Shown here: in pieces, positions 26,260 to 37,400 of the stretch
How positions within the stretch are numbered: the stretch's first letter is position 1
Layout: every line of letters begins with the position of its first letter
Assembly: GCA_035249305.1 (NCBI GenBank)
Contig: DATFGQ010000039.1
Location: forward strand, 21,305 to 85,304
DNA from: Blastocatellia bacterium
GTDB taxonomy: Bacteria > Acidobacteriota > Blastocatellia > UBA7656
Length of the DNA stretch: 64,000 nt
Direction: 5' to 3'
Notes under the pieces: model-generated
Told to the model about the DNA's origin: nothing
The model's input: only the letters and a program-made list of their open reading frames with translations
Database searches by the model: none
Program-made: the position numbers and the translations under genes

Positions 26260-26880
26260 TCAGTTTTTCTGCGCTATGCCTCTGTACATCTCGCCCAGTA
26301 TGCGCGGCGTGTCGGCCAGCACGAAGCGGTCCAGCCGCGCAAACCGAAACCCCGCCTCTTCGATCAGCAGATTGATGGGGCGGTTGACGTTGCACCCGCA
26401 GGCTATGACGCGCTGCAACGGGTTATAGAGCTCTTGCCGCCGCCGCGTCTTCGCGTCATCGCTCCGGCCATGCTCTAAAAAGAGGTATTGGCCTTCGGGC
26501 TTCAACACCCTCCGCATCTCGGCGAGCGCCGAGGCCGTGTCGGCGATGGAGCAGAGCGTGAGGGTTGTTACTACTGTGTCAAAGCTTGAGTCTTCAAAGG
26601 GCAGCCGAAGGCTCGCGTCGAGCTGCACCTGAGAGACCGGAATCCCTGACTCACGGATGCGGCTTGCGACGCGGCGGGCCAGCATGCGCTCGGAGTCGAG
26701 CACCGTAAGGCTTGTTACCTCCCGCGGGTAATGAGGCAAGTTGAGCCCCGTGCCGAAACCTATCTCCAGGGTCTCGCCCCGCGCGGGCGCGAGGGTAAGC
26801 CGTCGCTGCTCGACGACGACCGGTGTCGCAAGCGACCAGTCGAGTATGCGTGAGAAGATATGCCTGGAATAAAACCCCAT
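26260..26880 (-). CDS. class I SAM-dependent methyltransferase
   Basis: 206 aa. Motif I LEIGFGTGLN. Post-I acidic residue. VLKPEGQYLFLEH motif. Confidence 0.75.
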   Translation of the reverse strand: MGFYSRHIFSRILDWSLATPVVVEQRRLTLAPARGETLEIGFGTGLNLPHYPREVTSLTVLDSERMLARRVASRIRESGIPVSQVQLDASLRLPFEDSSFDTVVTTLTLCSIADTASALAEMRRVLKPEGQYLFLEHGRSDDAKTRRRQELYNPLQRVIACGCNVNRPINLLIEEAGFRFARLDRFVLADTPRILGEMYRGIAQKN

Positions 26881-26884
26881 CCGA

Positions 26885-27691
26885 TTATTTGCCGGGCGAA
26901 GGGCGGCGCTGGGCCAACAGCCAGAGAAAGAATTCCGGCTCGGCGTAAGCCCTGTCCCACGAGTTGTGAGGGACGCCTTTGTATTCGCTGTAACGGACGT
27001 TGCCGCCTACGGACTTCAGCGCCTCGACCATCTTGCGCGACTCCTCGACAGGGATGGTCCGGTCCTCGTCGCCGTGAAAGACCCATACGGGGGTCTTCCC
27101 GACGCGCAGGGCGACGGCAAGGTACGGGTTGCTCTCCGAGGTCGCTTCCACGGTGTCCGACAGCGTAGGGATTCCGGGGGGCGGGCGCACGCCGCCGCAG
27201 ACGGGCGCGAGCGCGGCGAACTTCTCCGGCTGCGCGCGGGCGACCGCCCAGGTGCCATAACCGCCCATAGATATGCCGGTGAGGTATACCCTCTCCGGGT
27301 CGCCGTTGAACTCTTTGATCGATTGATTCAGGGCCGCCAGCGCGAGGTCGCGCATATCGACTTCGGGCCACCAGCGGCCTCTGGAGCACTGAGGCAGCAC
27401 GACTACGGAAGCCAGATTCTCATTACGCGCGAGCGCGGGGCCGAGGCCGACTCTGGTCTGCGCGATGTTATCGTCGCCGCGCTCGCCCGCGCCGTGCAGG
27501 TAGAGGATCACGGGCCACTTCTTATCCGCGCTCCAGTCGGCCGGGACGTAGACTTTGTATTGATAACTCTTCCCGCCCATCTCGACCGTGCGGTCCTGAT
27601 ACTTTGACGCCTGGGTCGTCGTCGTCGCGCAAGCGGGCAGTGCCAGGCAGAGCGCGGATAACAGCAACAGGTTCAATTCATGCAGCGCCAC
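26885..27691 (-). CDS. secreted alpha/beta-hydrolase (esterase/PHB-depolymerase-like)
   Basis: 268 aa with a signal peptide. PVILYLHGAGERGDDN oxyanion region. GISMGGYGTW nucleophile elbow. 5-bp gap to the downstream methyltransferase gene. Confidence 0.7.
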   Translation of the reverse strand: MALHELNLLLLSALCLALPACATTTTQASKYQDRTVEMGGKSYQYKVYVPADWSADKKWPVILYLHGAGERGDDNIAQTRVGLGPALARNENLASVVVLPQCSRGRWWPEVDMRDLALAALNQSIKEFNGDPERVYLTGISMGGYGTWAVARAQPEKFAALAPVCGGVRPPPGIPTLSDTVEATSESNPYLAVALRVGKTPVWVFHGDEDRTIPVEESRKMVEALKSVGGNVRYSEYKGVPHNSWDRAYAEPEFFLWLLAQRRPSPGK

Positions 27692-27782
27692 TTTTCGCGA
27701 CTCCTTCGTAGGTTAGAACGATTAATGATGACCTGTTCATCCAAGATGTATGTTCTGAAGAGTCCCGGAGGGACTCAATGAT

Positions 27783-28050
27783 ATTAGCCGGTGGTGTGAC
27801 TGCCGGTCCAGATCTAATGGAAGGGCGTGGCCGAAACGCCGCGTAGTGGCGGTGTGATTTTAGCCGTGTGCTTTAGCGCACGGAACGGCAGTGATGAGAG
27901 CATCACGTCGCGTTAGCGACGGTTGAATCAGGCGTCGCCGACGCGACGCGGGATCATGTTGCCATTGATTACCGGCTTTGAAAAGCCGGTCTAAGATCAT
28001 CTCGCCGCTACGCGGCGATCACTCAGACCGGCGGTTACACCACCGGTTAA
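27783..28050. repeat. Family-C palindromic repeat element, copy C1
   Basis: TIRs attagccggtggtgtgactgccggtc / gaccggcggttacaccaccggttaat. Internal hairpins gattttagccgtgtgctttagcgcacgg, cgtcgcgttagcgacgg / cgtcgccgacgcgacg, ccggctttgaaaagccgg, and gccgcGTAgtggcgg. Confidence 0.75.
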
Positions 28051-28115
28051 TTTCACTTGCGCCTCCGGTGCATCCGCTCTACCAGCTACTCGGATCATAA
28101 AGAATCCCGCGAATA

Positions 28116-28436
28116 CTACCTCCAGGAGTGAATAATTCCCAGGTCTCGCAGACGACGCCGCAAGGGCGAATCGCCTGCTTTTGCCATCAGAGCCTCTACT
28201 TCTTGGAGCTGTCTTTCCATCACTTCATCAAACTCTGGCTGGTGGTCATAATAATATGAGAGTGCGGCGTAAATCTGCGCCAAAGAGAGATGTGGATATT
28301 CAGAGTGAATCTCTTCAGGGCTGGAGCCGTGGGCGAGGTGGTCAAGCACGACCTCGATGACTTTTACATTCGTATCGTCGATCCAGGCGACGCCCGCGGC
28401 GTCAAGGTGGATGTGTGCTGTTTCTACGGTTGACAC
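28116..28436 (-). CDS. DUF433-domain protein (antitoxin-like, usually paired with a PIN-like DUF5615 toxin)
   Basis: 106 aa. AHIHLDAAGVAWIDDTNVKVIEVVLDHLAHGSSPEEIHSEYPHLSLAQIYAALSYY matches the DUF433 consensus. No partner ORF follows, and the C1 repeat element sits where a partner would be. Confidence 0.6.
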   Translation of the reverse strand: MSTVETAHIHLDAAGVAWIDDTNVKVIEVVLDHLAHGSSPEEIHSEYPHLSLAQIYAALSYYYDHQPEFDEVMERQLQEVEALMAKAGDSPLRRRLRDLGIIHSWR

Positions 28437-28604
28437 TTCATTCTACCTCTCGCGGAATCTACCGTAACTTACCACAGAATTCTCGGACAGACCAATCTTA
28501 GCAAGACGAGCCGCGGCTTGATACCGGCTTTTATATCGGTTAGGATTTTTATTACCTGATCGAATGTCGGCAAAAGCCATTTTGCAAAACCTACGGGGGA
28601 TATT

Positions 28605-29975
28605 ATGAACCAACTTAAACGGGCGACGAGCCTCGGCCTCGTCTTAATGCTGTTTTTGTCCGCGGCCTCTGCCGCTCGCGCGCAGAGCATGGACGTGAAG
28701 ACTCACACGCTGAAGAACGGGATGAAGGTGCTGGTCCAGGAGGACCGCACGATCCCGAACATCGCGCTCTACATCTTCTACCGCATAGGCGCGCGCAACG
28801 AGCGGCCCGGCACCACGGGGCTCTCGCACTTCTTCGAGCACATGATGTTCAACGGCGCGAAGAAGTATGGGCCGGGGAAATTCGATTCAACCATGGAGGG
28901 CGCGGGCGGGTCTAACAACGCCTACACCAGCAAAGATGTCACGGTCTATCAAGACTGGTTCCCGCGCTCGGCGCTCGACCTGATATTCGACCTCGAAGCC
29001 GACCGCATACAGAACCTCGACATCAACGAGAAGATGGTGATGTCCGAGCGCGGCGTAGTCTCAAGCGAGCGGCGCACATCGGTCGACGCGAACAACTTCG
29101 GCGTGCTCAACGAGCAGCTCTGGGCGACGGCCTACACGGCGCACCCTTACCAGTGGCCCGTCGTCGGGTGGATGGTCGACATAGAGAACTGGAGCATGGA
29201 CGACCTCAAGAAGCATTTCGAGATGGGCTACTCGCCGTCGAACGCGACGATGGTCGTCGTGGGCGACGTGTCGGCCGACGAGATATTCAAGCTCGCCCAG
29301 AAGTACATAGAGCCGATACCTGCGCACGCGCCTCCCCCGAAAGTCTCTACCCTGGAGCCCGAGCAGTTGGGCGAGCGGCGCGTGACGGTCAAGAAGTTCG
29401 CGCAGCTCCCGATAATAATGATCGGCTATCACGTGCCCGAAGCGTCGAACCCCGATTACTACGCGCTCCAGGTATTGCAGACGATCCTCTTCTCGGGCCA
29501 GAGCTCGCGCATGTACCAGCGCCTCGTCGATAAAGACCAGCTCGCGCTCTTCGTGCAGGGCGGCTCGTCTTTCAGCTTCGACCCGACGCTCTTTTCGATC
29601 ACCACGCAGCCGAAGGCGGGCATCGCGCCCGAGGCCGTGGAGCGAGCCATCTACGAAGAGTTCGACAAAGTAAGATCCGCCCCCGTCACCGACCAGGAGA
29701 TAGAGAAGGCGAAGAACATCCTGCTGGCAAACTTCTACCGCCAGATGAAGACGATCAACGGGAAGGCGAACGCGCTGGGCAGCTACGAGGTATTCTTCGG
29801 CGATTACAACAAGCTCTTTACGGCGGCCGACGACTACAAGAAGGTCACGAAAGAGGACGTGAAGCGCGTGGCGGCGAAATACTTCTCCGACAAGAACCGC
29901 ACCGTGGCCACGCTCGTACCCGAGCAGCCTCAGGCCGACCCCCCGGCCGCGAAGCCCGAAGGGAACAACAAGTAA
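28605..29975 (+). CDS. M16-family zinc peptidase (pitrilysin/insulinase-like, catalytic subunit), secreted
   Basis: 456 aa with a signal peptide. Inverted zinc motif HFFEHMMFNG (HxxEH) and downstream E. 10-bp gap to the second M16 gene. Confidence 0.85.
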   Translation: MNQLKRATSLGLVLMLFLSAASAARAQSMDVKTHTLKNGMKVLVQEDRTIPNIALYIFYRIGARNERPGTTGLSHFFEHMMFNGAKKYGPGKFDSTMEGAGGSNNAYTSKDVTVYQDWFPRSALDLIFDLEADRIQNLDINEKMVMSERGVVSSERRTSVDANNFGVLNEQLWATAYTAHPYQWPVVGWMVDIENWSMDDLKKHFEMGYSPSNATMVVVGDVSADEIFKLAQKYIEPIPAHAPPPKVSTLEPEQLGERRVTVKKFAQLPIIMIGYHVPEASNPDYYALQVLQTILFSGQSSRMYQRLVDKDQLALFVQGGSSFSFDPTLFSITTQPKAGIAPEAVERAIYEEFDKVRSAPVTDQEIEKAKNILLANFYRQMKTINGKANALGSYEVFFGDYNKLFTAADDYKKVTKEDVKRVAAKYFSDKNRTVATLVPEQPQADPPAAKPEGNNK

Positions 29976-29985
29976 GGAGATCATC

Positions 29986-31383
29986 ATGAAGCGATTATTT
30001 ATACTCTCGTTAGCAATCCTGTTAGCCCTGCCCGTCGCATCGCCCGCCGCGCAGGAGAACGGCGGGCTGAAGCTGCCGCCTTACAAAAAGGTGAAGCTCA
30101 AGAACGGATTGACGCTGCTTTTGATGGAGCAGAAGGAAGTGCCCATCATAAGCTTCAACTACATCATCCGCGCGGGCTCGATCGCCGACCCGGCGGGCAA
30201 AGAGGGCGTGGCCTCGCTCACGGCCGGCCTTCTGCGCAAGGGGACCAAGACGCGCAGCGCCGACCAGATCTCGGCCGAAGTCGATTTCATCGGCGGGCAG
30301 TTGGGCGCGGGCGCGACTTACGACTACACGGCCGGGACCGCGGAGTTCATTAAGAAGGACATCAACAAAGGTCTTGAGCTTTTGGCGGACGTGCTGCTCA
30401 ACCCCACGTTCCCCCAAGACGAAGTTTCAAAGCTGCTCAAGCAGCGCATAGACGGGATCAAGTCGAGCAAGGACCAGGCGCAGGGGGTGATAGGCACATA
30501 CTACAACGCCTATCTTTTCGGCTCGCACCCTTACGGCCGTCCCTCTGGCGGCGACGAAAAGTCGCTGGCCTCGATCACGCGCGACGACGTTCAGAAGTTC
30601 TATCAAGCCCATTACTCGCCCGCGTCAACCGTCATGGCCGTGGTCGGTGATTTCGACTCGGCGGAGATGGAGCGGATGATCACGGAGAGGTTCGGCGCGT
30701 GGGCGTCGAAGGCGGCCCCGGCCGCGCAGCTTGCCGAGCCCTCGGCCGTGGCGGGCAAGCGCCTGCTTCTGATAGACAAGCCTGACTCGACGCAGACCTT
30801 CTACCAGATAGGCAACATCGGCATTAACCGCACGAACCCCGACCGCGTCTACATCGAAGTCGTGAACACGCTCTTCGGCGGCCGCTTCACGTCAATGCTC
30901 AACTCGGAGCTGCGCATAAACTCGGGGTTGACTTACGGCGCGCGGTCAGGCTTCGACGAGCGAAAGGTGCGCGGGCCGTTTGTGATCTCCAGCTACACGC
31001 GCAACCAGACCACCGAGAAGGCCATCGACCTGACGCTCGACGTTTTGAAGCGGCTTCACGAAAAAGGGATCACCGAAGAGGAGCTGCGCTCGGCCAAGAA
31101 TTACATCAAGGGCCAGTTCCCGCCCGACATCGAGACGACGGACCAGCTAGCCGGGCTGATCGCGGAGCTTGAATTCTACGGGCTGGACGAAAACGAGATA
31201 AACAGCTACTACGCCAAGATAGATTCGATGACGCTCGACGACGCGCGGCGCGTCATCAAGCAGCACTTCCCGCTCGACAACCTCGTCTTCGTCCTGATAG
31301 GCAAAGCCGACGAGATAGGCGCGGTGGCGAAGAAGTACGCGCCCAAAGTCGACACCAAGACGATCACGCAGCAAGGCTTCTAA
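29986..31383 (+). CDS. M16-family peptidase homologue (non-catalytic partner subunit, lacks HxxEH)
   Basis: 465 aa with a signal peptide and the M16 fold. No HxxEH. Strong RBS aaggag. Co-transcribed with the catalytic subunit. Confidence 0.8.
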   Translation: MKRLFILSLAILLALPVASPAAQENGGLKLPPYKKVKLKNGLTLLLMEQKEVPIISFNYIIRAGSIADPAGKEGVASLTAGLLRKGTKTRSADQISAEVDFIGGQLGAGATYDYTAGTAEFIKKDINKGLELLADVLLNPTFPQDEVSKLLKQRIDGIKSSKDQAQGVIGTYYNAYLFGSHPYGRPSGGDEKSLASITRDDVQKFYQAHYSPASTVMAVVGDFDSAEMERMITERFGAWASKAAPAAQLAEPSAVAGKRLLLIDKPDSTQTFYQIGNIGINRTNPDRVYIEVVNTLFGGRFTSMLNSELRINSGLTYGARSGFDERKVRGPFVISSYTRNQTTEKAIDLTLDVLKRLHEKGITEEELRSAKNYIKGQFPPDIETTDQLAGLIAELEFYGLDENEINSYYAKIDSMTLDDARRVIKQHFPLDNLVFVLIGKADEIGAVAKKYAPKVDTKTITQQGF

Positions 31384-31388
31384 TACGC

Positions 31389-31592
31389 AGTGCTGAGAGG
31401 GCGTATGAAAAGCCTCGTAGGGGCTCAATGTTTGTAGAAGGGTCGCATAACCATTATTCAACTCCTACGGAGTTGAATGTGCCTGCCTGGCGATCAACTA
31501 CAAACATCCGGCCCCTACGGAGCCGGGTAGCTCGCTATTACTCAGGACTCCTTGGCGCATGATGCGCTTCGCGCAGCGCGGACTCAGGACTT
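31389..31592. repeat. Family-B palindromic repeat element, copy B2
   Basis: agtgctgag ... gcctcgtaggggc, tgtttgtaga, aactcctacggagtt, tacaaacatccggcccctacggagccgg, tactcaggactc ... gactcaggact. Same module order as B1. Confidence 0.8.
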
Positions 31593-31596
31593 GAAA

Positions 31597-33648
31597 ATGA
31601 TAAAGAGACTGACAGCCATAGCCATAACGCTCGCGCTCCTGACCTTTGCGCCGCGCCTGTCGGCCGACGAAGGCATGTGGACTTTCGATAACCCGCCGCT
31701 CAAGCAGTGGAAAGAGCGCTACAACTTCGAGCCTTCCGCCGAGTGGCTCGAACATGTCAGGCTCGCTTCCGTGCGGTTGAACGACGGCGGCAGCGGCGCG
31801 TTCGTCTCCGCAGACGGCCTGGTCGTGACCAACCAGCACGTGGGCGCGGGGCAGGTCACGAAGCTCTCGACCCCCGAGCGCGACCTCGTCAAAGACGGGT
31901 TCTACGCCCGCACGCGCGAGGAGGAGTTGCGCGCGCCCGATCTGGAAGTCAACGTCCTCATCTCTTACGAAGACGTGACCGCGCGCGCGCAGGCGGCCGA
32001 CGCGGGCGCCGCGCGTAAGGCGGAGATGGCAAAGATAGAGAAAGAGTCTCTTGAAAAGACAGGTCTGCGCAGCGAGGTCGTCACGCTTTACAGCGGCGGC
32101 GAATACTGGCTCTACCGTTTCAAGAAGTACACGGACGTGCGGCTGGTCTTCGCGCCCGAAGAGCAGATAGCATTTTTCGGCGGCGATTACGACAACTTCA
32201 CGTACCCGCGCTACAACCTCGACGTGACCTTCTTCCGCGTTTATGAAAATGGCCAGCCGGCCCGCACCCCGCACTATTTCAAGTGGTCCGCTACAGGGCC
32301 TAAAGACGGCGAGTTCGTTCTCCTGTCGGGCAACCCCGGCTCGACGAACAGGCTGTTGACCATGGCCCAACTCAACTACCAGCGCGAGCTTGGGAACCCG
32401 ATTCAGATGCAGGTCTGGACCTCGCGGCGCGACGCGCTCGCCAGGTACGCGAAAAAGAGCGCCGAAGCAGATCGCCGCGCTACACAATCACTGCGGTCGC
32501 TTGAGAATTCGATCAAGCGGCTCACGAGCCAGCAGGCGGGTTTGATGAGCGCGAGGCTCATCGAGAAGAAGACGAAAGAAGAAGAGGCGCTGAGGGCGGA
32601 AGTCAACCGCAGGCCGGAGCTGAAGCAGGCTTACGCGGACGCGTGGGACCAGATCAGCGCGGCCTATGGCGAGATGCCCGGCAAGGCCAAGCGCATAGCC
32701 TTCTCGCTTCTCACGCCGTCGCGGTTGGGCACGCTTGCATCGAACTTCGTCCGGTACGCTGAAGAGGTTCAGAAGCCGAATGACAAACGCTATCCTGAAT
32801 TCAGCGACTCGAAGCTTGAGTCGCTAAAGTTCAGCATGCTTTCTCCCGCGCCCATCTACCCCGACATGGAAGAGGCGATACTGGCGGGCTGGCTCGAAGA
32901 GGCGCAAAAAGCTTTAGGCCCGGACGATCCTTTCGTGCGCGCGGCGCTCGCGGGCTCTACGCCAGCGGAGGTGGCAAAGCAGGCGGTGAGCGGGACCAGG
33001 CTCACGGACGTGGCGGCGCGCAAGGCGCTCTTAGAAGGCGGCCCGGCGGCGATAGCGAAATCCGACGACCCGCTGATACAGCTCGCGCGGCGCGTAGAGC
33101 CTGTCTACAGGGAGCTGCGCGCGTGGCAGGAAGAGAAGATTAAGAACGTCGAAGAGAGCGCGGGGCAAAGGATCGCGAAAGCGCGCTTCGTCGTCTACGG
33201 CAAGAACGTCTACCCGGACGCGACCTTCAGCCTGCGGTTGAGCTACGGCAAGGTCGCGGGCTATGAAGAAGACACGACGATGGTGCCTTACAAGACCACG
33301 TTCTACGGCCTGTACGAGCGCGCGGAGGGCTTTGACGAAAAGCCGCCTTATGATCTGCCGAGAAGATATAAAGAGGGCAAGTCGAAGCTCGACCTTTCGA
33401 CGCCCTTCAACTTTGTTTATACGGCGGACACGATAGGCGGTAATTCCGGGAGCCCCGTCATCAATCGCAACGCGGAGCTTGTGGGGCTGAACTTCGACAG
33501 CAACATTCAGAAGCTTGCGAACCGCTACAGCTACATAGACGACGCGGAAGGCTCGCGCGCCGTGGGCGTGCACAGCGCGGCGATCATCGAAGCTCTTAAA
33601 AAGCTTTATGGCGCGGACCGATTAGTACAGGAAGTGTTGGGGCGTTGA
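31597..33648 (+). CDS. S46-family dipeptidyl-peptidase (DPP7/DPP11-like), secreted
   Basis: Start at the ATG at 31597 (signal peptide [23 protein letters not shown] followed by DEGMW). Catalytic triad regions VTNQHV, D, and GGNSGSPV typical of S46. Confidence 0.85.
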   Translation: MIKRLTAIAITLALLTFAPRLSADEGMWTFDNPPLKQWKERYNFEPSAEWLEHVRLASVRLNDGGSGAFVSADGLVVTNQHVGAGQVTKLSTPERDLVKDGFYARTREEELRAPDLEVNVLISYEDVTARAQAADAGAARKAEMAKIEKESLEKTGLRSEVVTLYSGGEYWLYRFKKYTDVRLVFAPEEQIAFFGGDYDNFTYPRYNLDVTFFRVYENGQPARTPHYFKWSATGPKDGEFVLLSGNPGSTNRLLTMAQLNYQRELGNPIQMQVWTSRRDALARYAKKSAEADRRATQSLRSLENSIKRLTSQQAGLMSARLIEKKTKEEEALRAEVNRRPELKQAYADAWDQISAAYGEMPGKAKRIAFSLLTPSRLGTLASNFVRYAEEVQKPNDKRYPEFSDSKLESLKFSMLSPAPIYPDMEEAILAGWLEEAQKALGPDDPFVRAALAGSTPAEVAKQAVSGTRLTDVAARKALLEGGPAAIAKSDDPLIQLARRVEPVYRELRAWQEEKIKNVEESAGQRIAKARFVVYGKNVYPDATFSLRLSYGKVAGYEEDTTMVPYKTTFYGLYERAEGFDEKPPYDLPRRYKEGKSKLDLSTPFNFVYTADTIGGNSGSPVINRNAELVGLNFDSNIQKLANRYSYIDDAEGSRAVGVHSAAIIEALKKLYGADRLVQEVLGR

Positions 33649-33663
33649 GCGGCGCGAGAGGAG

Positions 33664-34224
33664 ATGATGGGCGATAGGTCCGCTACCTACCTTGCATTGC
33701 TGCGCGGCGTCAACATCCTGGGGGCCAGGCGCGTGGCGATGGCCGACCTCCGCGCTCTGTTTGAAAGCCTGGGATTCCGCGACGTGCGGACGTTGCTCAA
33801 CAGCGGCAACGTCGTCTTCTCGGTCCCGGCCAGGGGGCGCGGCGACGTGCGCGCTCGTATCGAGGAGGCGCTCGCTTCGAGCCTCGGGTTGACCTCGCCC
33901 GTGACCGTTCTCTCCGCGGACGAAGTAACTGCGGCCGTCCGCGACAACCCTCTGTCGCGCGTCGCAACCAATCCCTCGTACTTGCTCGTCCTCGTCCCCC
34001 AGGCCGCGTCGGACCTCGCGCTGCTCGAGCCGCTTCTCAAGAGGCGGTGGACGCCGGAGGTGCTTGCCGTCGGCGAGCGTGTCGCGTACCTGTGGTGCGC
34101 GAACGGCGTCGCGAAGAGTCCGCTCTGGACCGCGGTCGACCGCGCGCTCGAGCGAAGGGGCACGGCCCGAAACATCGCCACAATCACGAAGGCCGCGGCG
34201 CTGGTTGAAGGGCGATCGGCGTGA
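33664..34224 (+). CDS. DUF1697-domain protein
   Basis: 186 aa. [44 protein letters not shown] matches the DUF1697 N-terminal consensus. Confidence 0.7.
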   Translation: MMGDRSATYLALLRGVNILGARRVAMADLRALFESLGFRDVRTLLNSGNVVFSVPARGRGDVRARIEEALASSLGLTSPVTVLSADEVTAAVRDNPLSRVATNPSYLLVLVPQAASDLALLEPLLKRRWTPEVLAVGERVAYLWCANGVAKSPLWTAVDRALERRGTARNIATITKAAALVEGRSA

Positions 34225-34329
34225 TTGAACAACGTCAGTTCGCATGGCGATTCAATAATCTGAATGTTACTATTCTTTATTCTGAAAAACGGCCGCGTTT
34301 GATCATCTGCACCAGTCAAAACTTGCAAC

Positions 34330-34407
34330 CCTCAGGCGCGTGGTTCGTAAAGATTACTTGCTGATAAACCTCCATCAGTGGAAAAGCCTTAAAAGGAGTT
34401 AAACCGA
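34330..34407 (+). promoter_or_regulatory. putative promoter/RBS region of the tricorn-like protease gene
   Basis: AT-rich 180-bp intergenic segment. TTGCAA ... TAAAGAT are possible -35/-10 elements, but the spacing is not ideal. A strong AAGGAG RBS sits 7 nt before the ATG. Confidence 0.3.
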
Positions 34408-37400
34408 ATGCGCAGAGCGTTATTTATATTTTCACTCGTCATTGCTGCGGCCGCGACAAGCCTGGCTCAGAATCAGAAGCCACAGCTTTTGCAAAGGCCG
34501 ACTCTCAGCAACACACAGATTGTATTCGTTTACGCAGGCGACCTCTGGATAGTCGGCCGCGAGGGCGGCGACGCGCGCCGTCTGACGACGGGCACGGGTA
34601 TAGAAAACAGTCCGATATTTTCGCCCGACGGCCGTTGGATCGCCTTCACGGGCGATTACGAAGGCAACGTCGATGTCTACGTCGTCTCGGCCGAGGGCGG
34701 GGTGCCGCGCCGGCTGACTTATCACCCTGGGCCGGACATAGCCCTCAGTTGGTCGCCCGACGGCAAGCAGATACTTTTCCGCTCGCCTCGCGCAAGCGCG
34801 ATGCCGGCTAACCGCCTCTTCACCATGCCGGTCGAAGGCGGGTTCCCTACCGAAGTCCCGCTGCCGATGGGGCAAGAAGCGGTCTACTCGCCCGACGGCC
34901 AGCGGCTGGCTTACCTGCCGCTCGCGCCCGCATTCCAGCAGTGGAAGCGCTACCGCGGCGGGCGGACTACGAAGATATGGCTCGCCCGTCTTTCGGACTC
35001 TTCGGTCGAGCAGGTGCCGCGCGAAAACTCGAACGACTTCAACCCGATGTGGTTAGGCGACAAGGTCTATTTCCTCTCGGATAGAAACGGGGCGTCGACG
35101 CTCTTCGCTTACGACACCGCGTCAAAGCGCGTCACCCAGCTCATACGCAACGACGCGCTCGACATCAAGTACGCGAACGCCGGCCCCGGCGCAATCGTCT
35201 ACGAGCAGTTCGGCGCGATCAACCTCTTCGACCTGAAGTCGGGCAACTCGAAGCGCGTCGACATCAGAGTGACCGGCGACATGCCGAGCGTGCGCCCGCG
35301 CTTTGAGAGAGTCGCGAGCCGCATAGCCACGGTAGGGCTATCGCCCACGGGCGCGCGCGCCGTCTTCGAAGCGCGCGGCGAGATCCTTTCGGTGCCCGCG
35401 GAGAAAGGCAATGCAAGAAACCTCACCAACTCGCCGGGCGTCGCCGACCGCTATCCCGCGTGGTCGCCCGACGGAAAATGGATAGCCTACTTCTCTGACG
35501 AGTCGGGCGAGTACGCGCTTCACCTGCGCGACCAGTCGGGGATGGGCGAAGTCCGTAAGATCAACCTCGGCAACCCGCCCTCTTACTTCTACACGCCCAT
35601 CTGGGCGCCCGACAGCCGTAAGATCGCTTACACCGACAAGCGGCTCAACCTCTGGTACGTCGACATAGACAAAGGGACCCCGGTCAAAGTCGACACGAAC
35701 ACCTATGACAACCCGTTCCCGGTGATCGATCCGGCCTGGTCGCCCGACAGCCGCTGGATCACCTACACACGCCAGCTCAAGAATCGCCTCGGCGCGGTCT
35801 TCGCTTACTCGGTCGAGACGAACAAGAGCACGCAGGTGACCGATGGGCTGAGCGACGCGAGATTCGCTTCGTTCGACAGGAACGGCAAGTACCTCTACTT
35901 CACCGCCAGCACCGACATCGGGCCGACCACGGGCTGGTTAGACATGTCGAGCTTCCCGCATCAAATCACCCGCAGCGTCTACGTCGTAGTCCTGCGCAAA
36001 GACCTGCCATCGCCGCTCGCGCCCGAAAGCGACGAAGAGAAGTTACAGGAAGGCGAGCCGCCGGCGGGGCCGCGCCCGCCCGAGAAGAGAGAGGCGCCGA
36101 GGGTCAGCATAGACTTTGACAACATAGGCCAGCGCATACTCGCGCTCCCGATCCCCGCGCGCAACTACGTAGGGATGGGCTCGGGCAAGAGCGGGATGCT
36201 CTTCATACTGGAAAGCCCGCCCGGCGCGACCACGCCCGGAGTGATCGTCCACAAGTTCGAGTTCGACAAGCGCAAGTTCGACAAGGCGCTGGAAAACGTC
36301 ATCGCGTTTGAAGTCTCGGCCAACGGCGAAAAGATGATCTTCGGTCAGGGGCTCGGCCCCGCGCAGCGATTCACCATCGCCTCGACCACGCAGCCGCTCA
36401 AGCCGGGCGAGGGCGTCATCAACCTCGGCGAGATGGAAGTCTACGTAGACCCGCGCGCCGAATGGCAGCAGATGTACCGCGAAGTGTGGCGCATCCAGCG
36501 CGACTTCTTCTACGATCCGAGCCTGCACGGGCTTAACCGCGAAGCGACGCAGAAGCAGTACGAAGCTTACCTCGAAAACATAGCTCACCGCGCGGACCTG
36601 AACTACCTGTTCCAGGAGATGCTCGGCAACATGAGCGTCGGCCACCACAACTCCGGCGGTGGCGACGCGCCGCAGGTGCAGCCCGTGACGACGGGGCTGC
36701 TGGGCGCGGACTACCGCGTCGAGAACGGGCGCTACCGTTTCGCCCGCGTCTTCAACGGCGAGAACTGGAACCCGCAACTGCGCGCGCCGCTCACGCAGCC
36801 CGGCGTGAACGTCCAGGCGGGCGAGTACCTGCTGGCGGTTAATGGCCGCGAGGTCCGCTCTTCGGATAACCTCTACAGCTTCTTTCAAAACACCGCCAAC
36901 AAGAGCGTCGTCATTCGCGTCGGCCCGAACCCGGACGGCGCGGGCTCGCGCGAGGTGACCGTAGTCCCCACGCAGACCGAAAGCGGGTTGAGAAACCTCG
37001 CATGGATCGAAGACAACCGCCGCAAAGTCGATCAGATGAGCGGGGGCCGCCTGGCTTACGTTTACCTTCCGAACACGGCGGGCGCGGGCTACACGAATTT
37101 CAACCGCTACTACTTCGCCCAGATAGACAAGGAGGGCGCGGTCATCGACGAGCGGTTTAACGGCGGCGGGACCGCGGCCGACTACATAATCGATTACATG
37201 CGGCGGCCGCTGTTGAATTACTGGACGACGCGCGAGGGCGAAGACTTCCCCACGCCCGTAGGCTCGATCTTCGGCCCGAAGGCCATGATCATAAACGAGT
37301 ACGCGGGCTCGGGCGGCGACGCCATGCCCTGGTACTTCCGCAAAGCCGGCATAGGCCCGCTCGTGGGCATGCGCACGTGGGGCGGCCTCGTAGGCATATA

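Noticed and set aside
28040-28095. tRNA-like D-arm sequence (revcomp GTAGCTGGTAGAGCGG) at the edge of repeat C1, a possible tRNA gene or att site
   Set aside because: No T-arm (GGTTCGAATCC-like), no anticodon stem and no acceptor pairing could be built. At most it is a tRNA-derived fragment.
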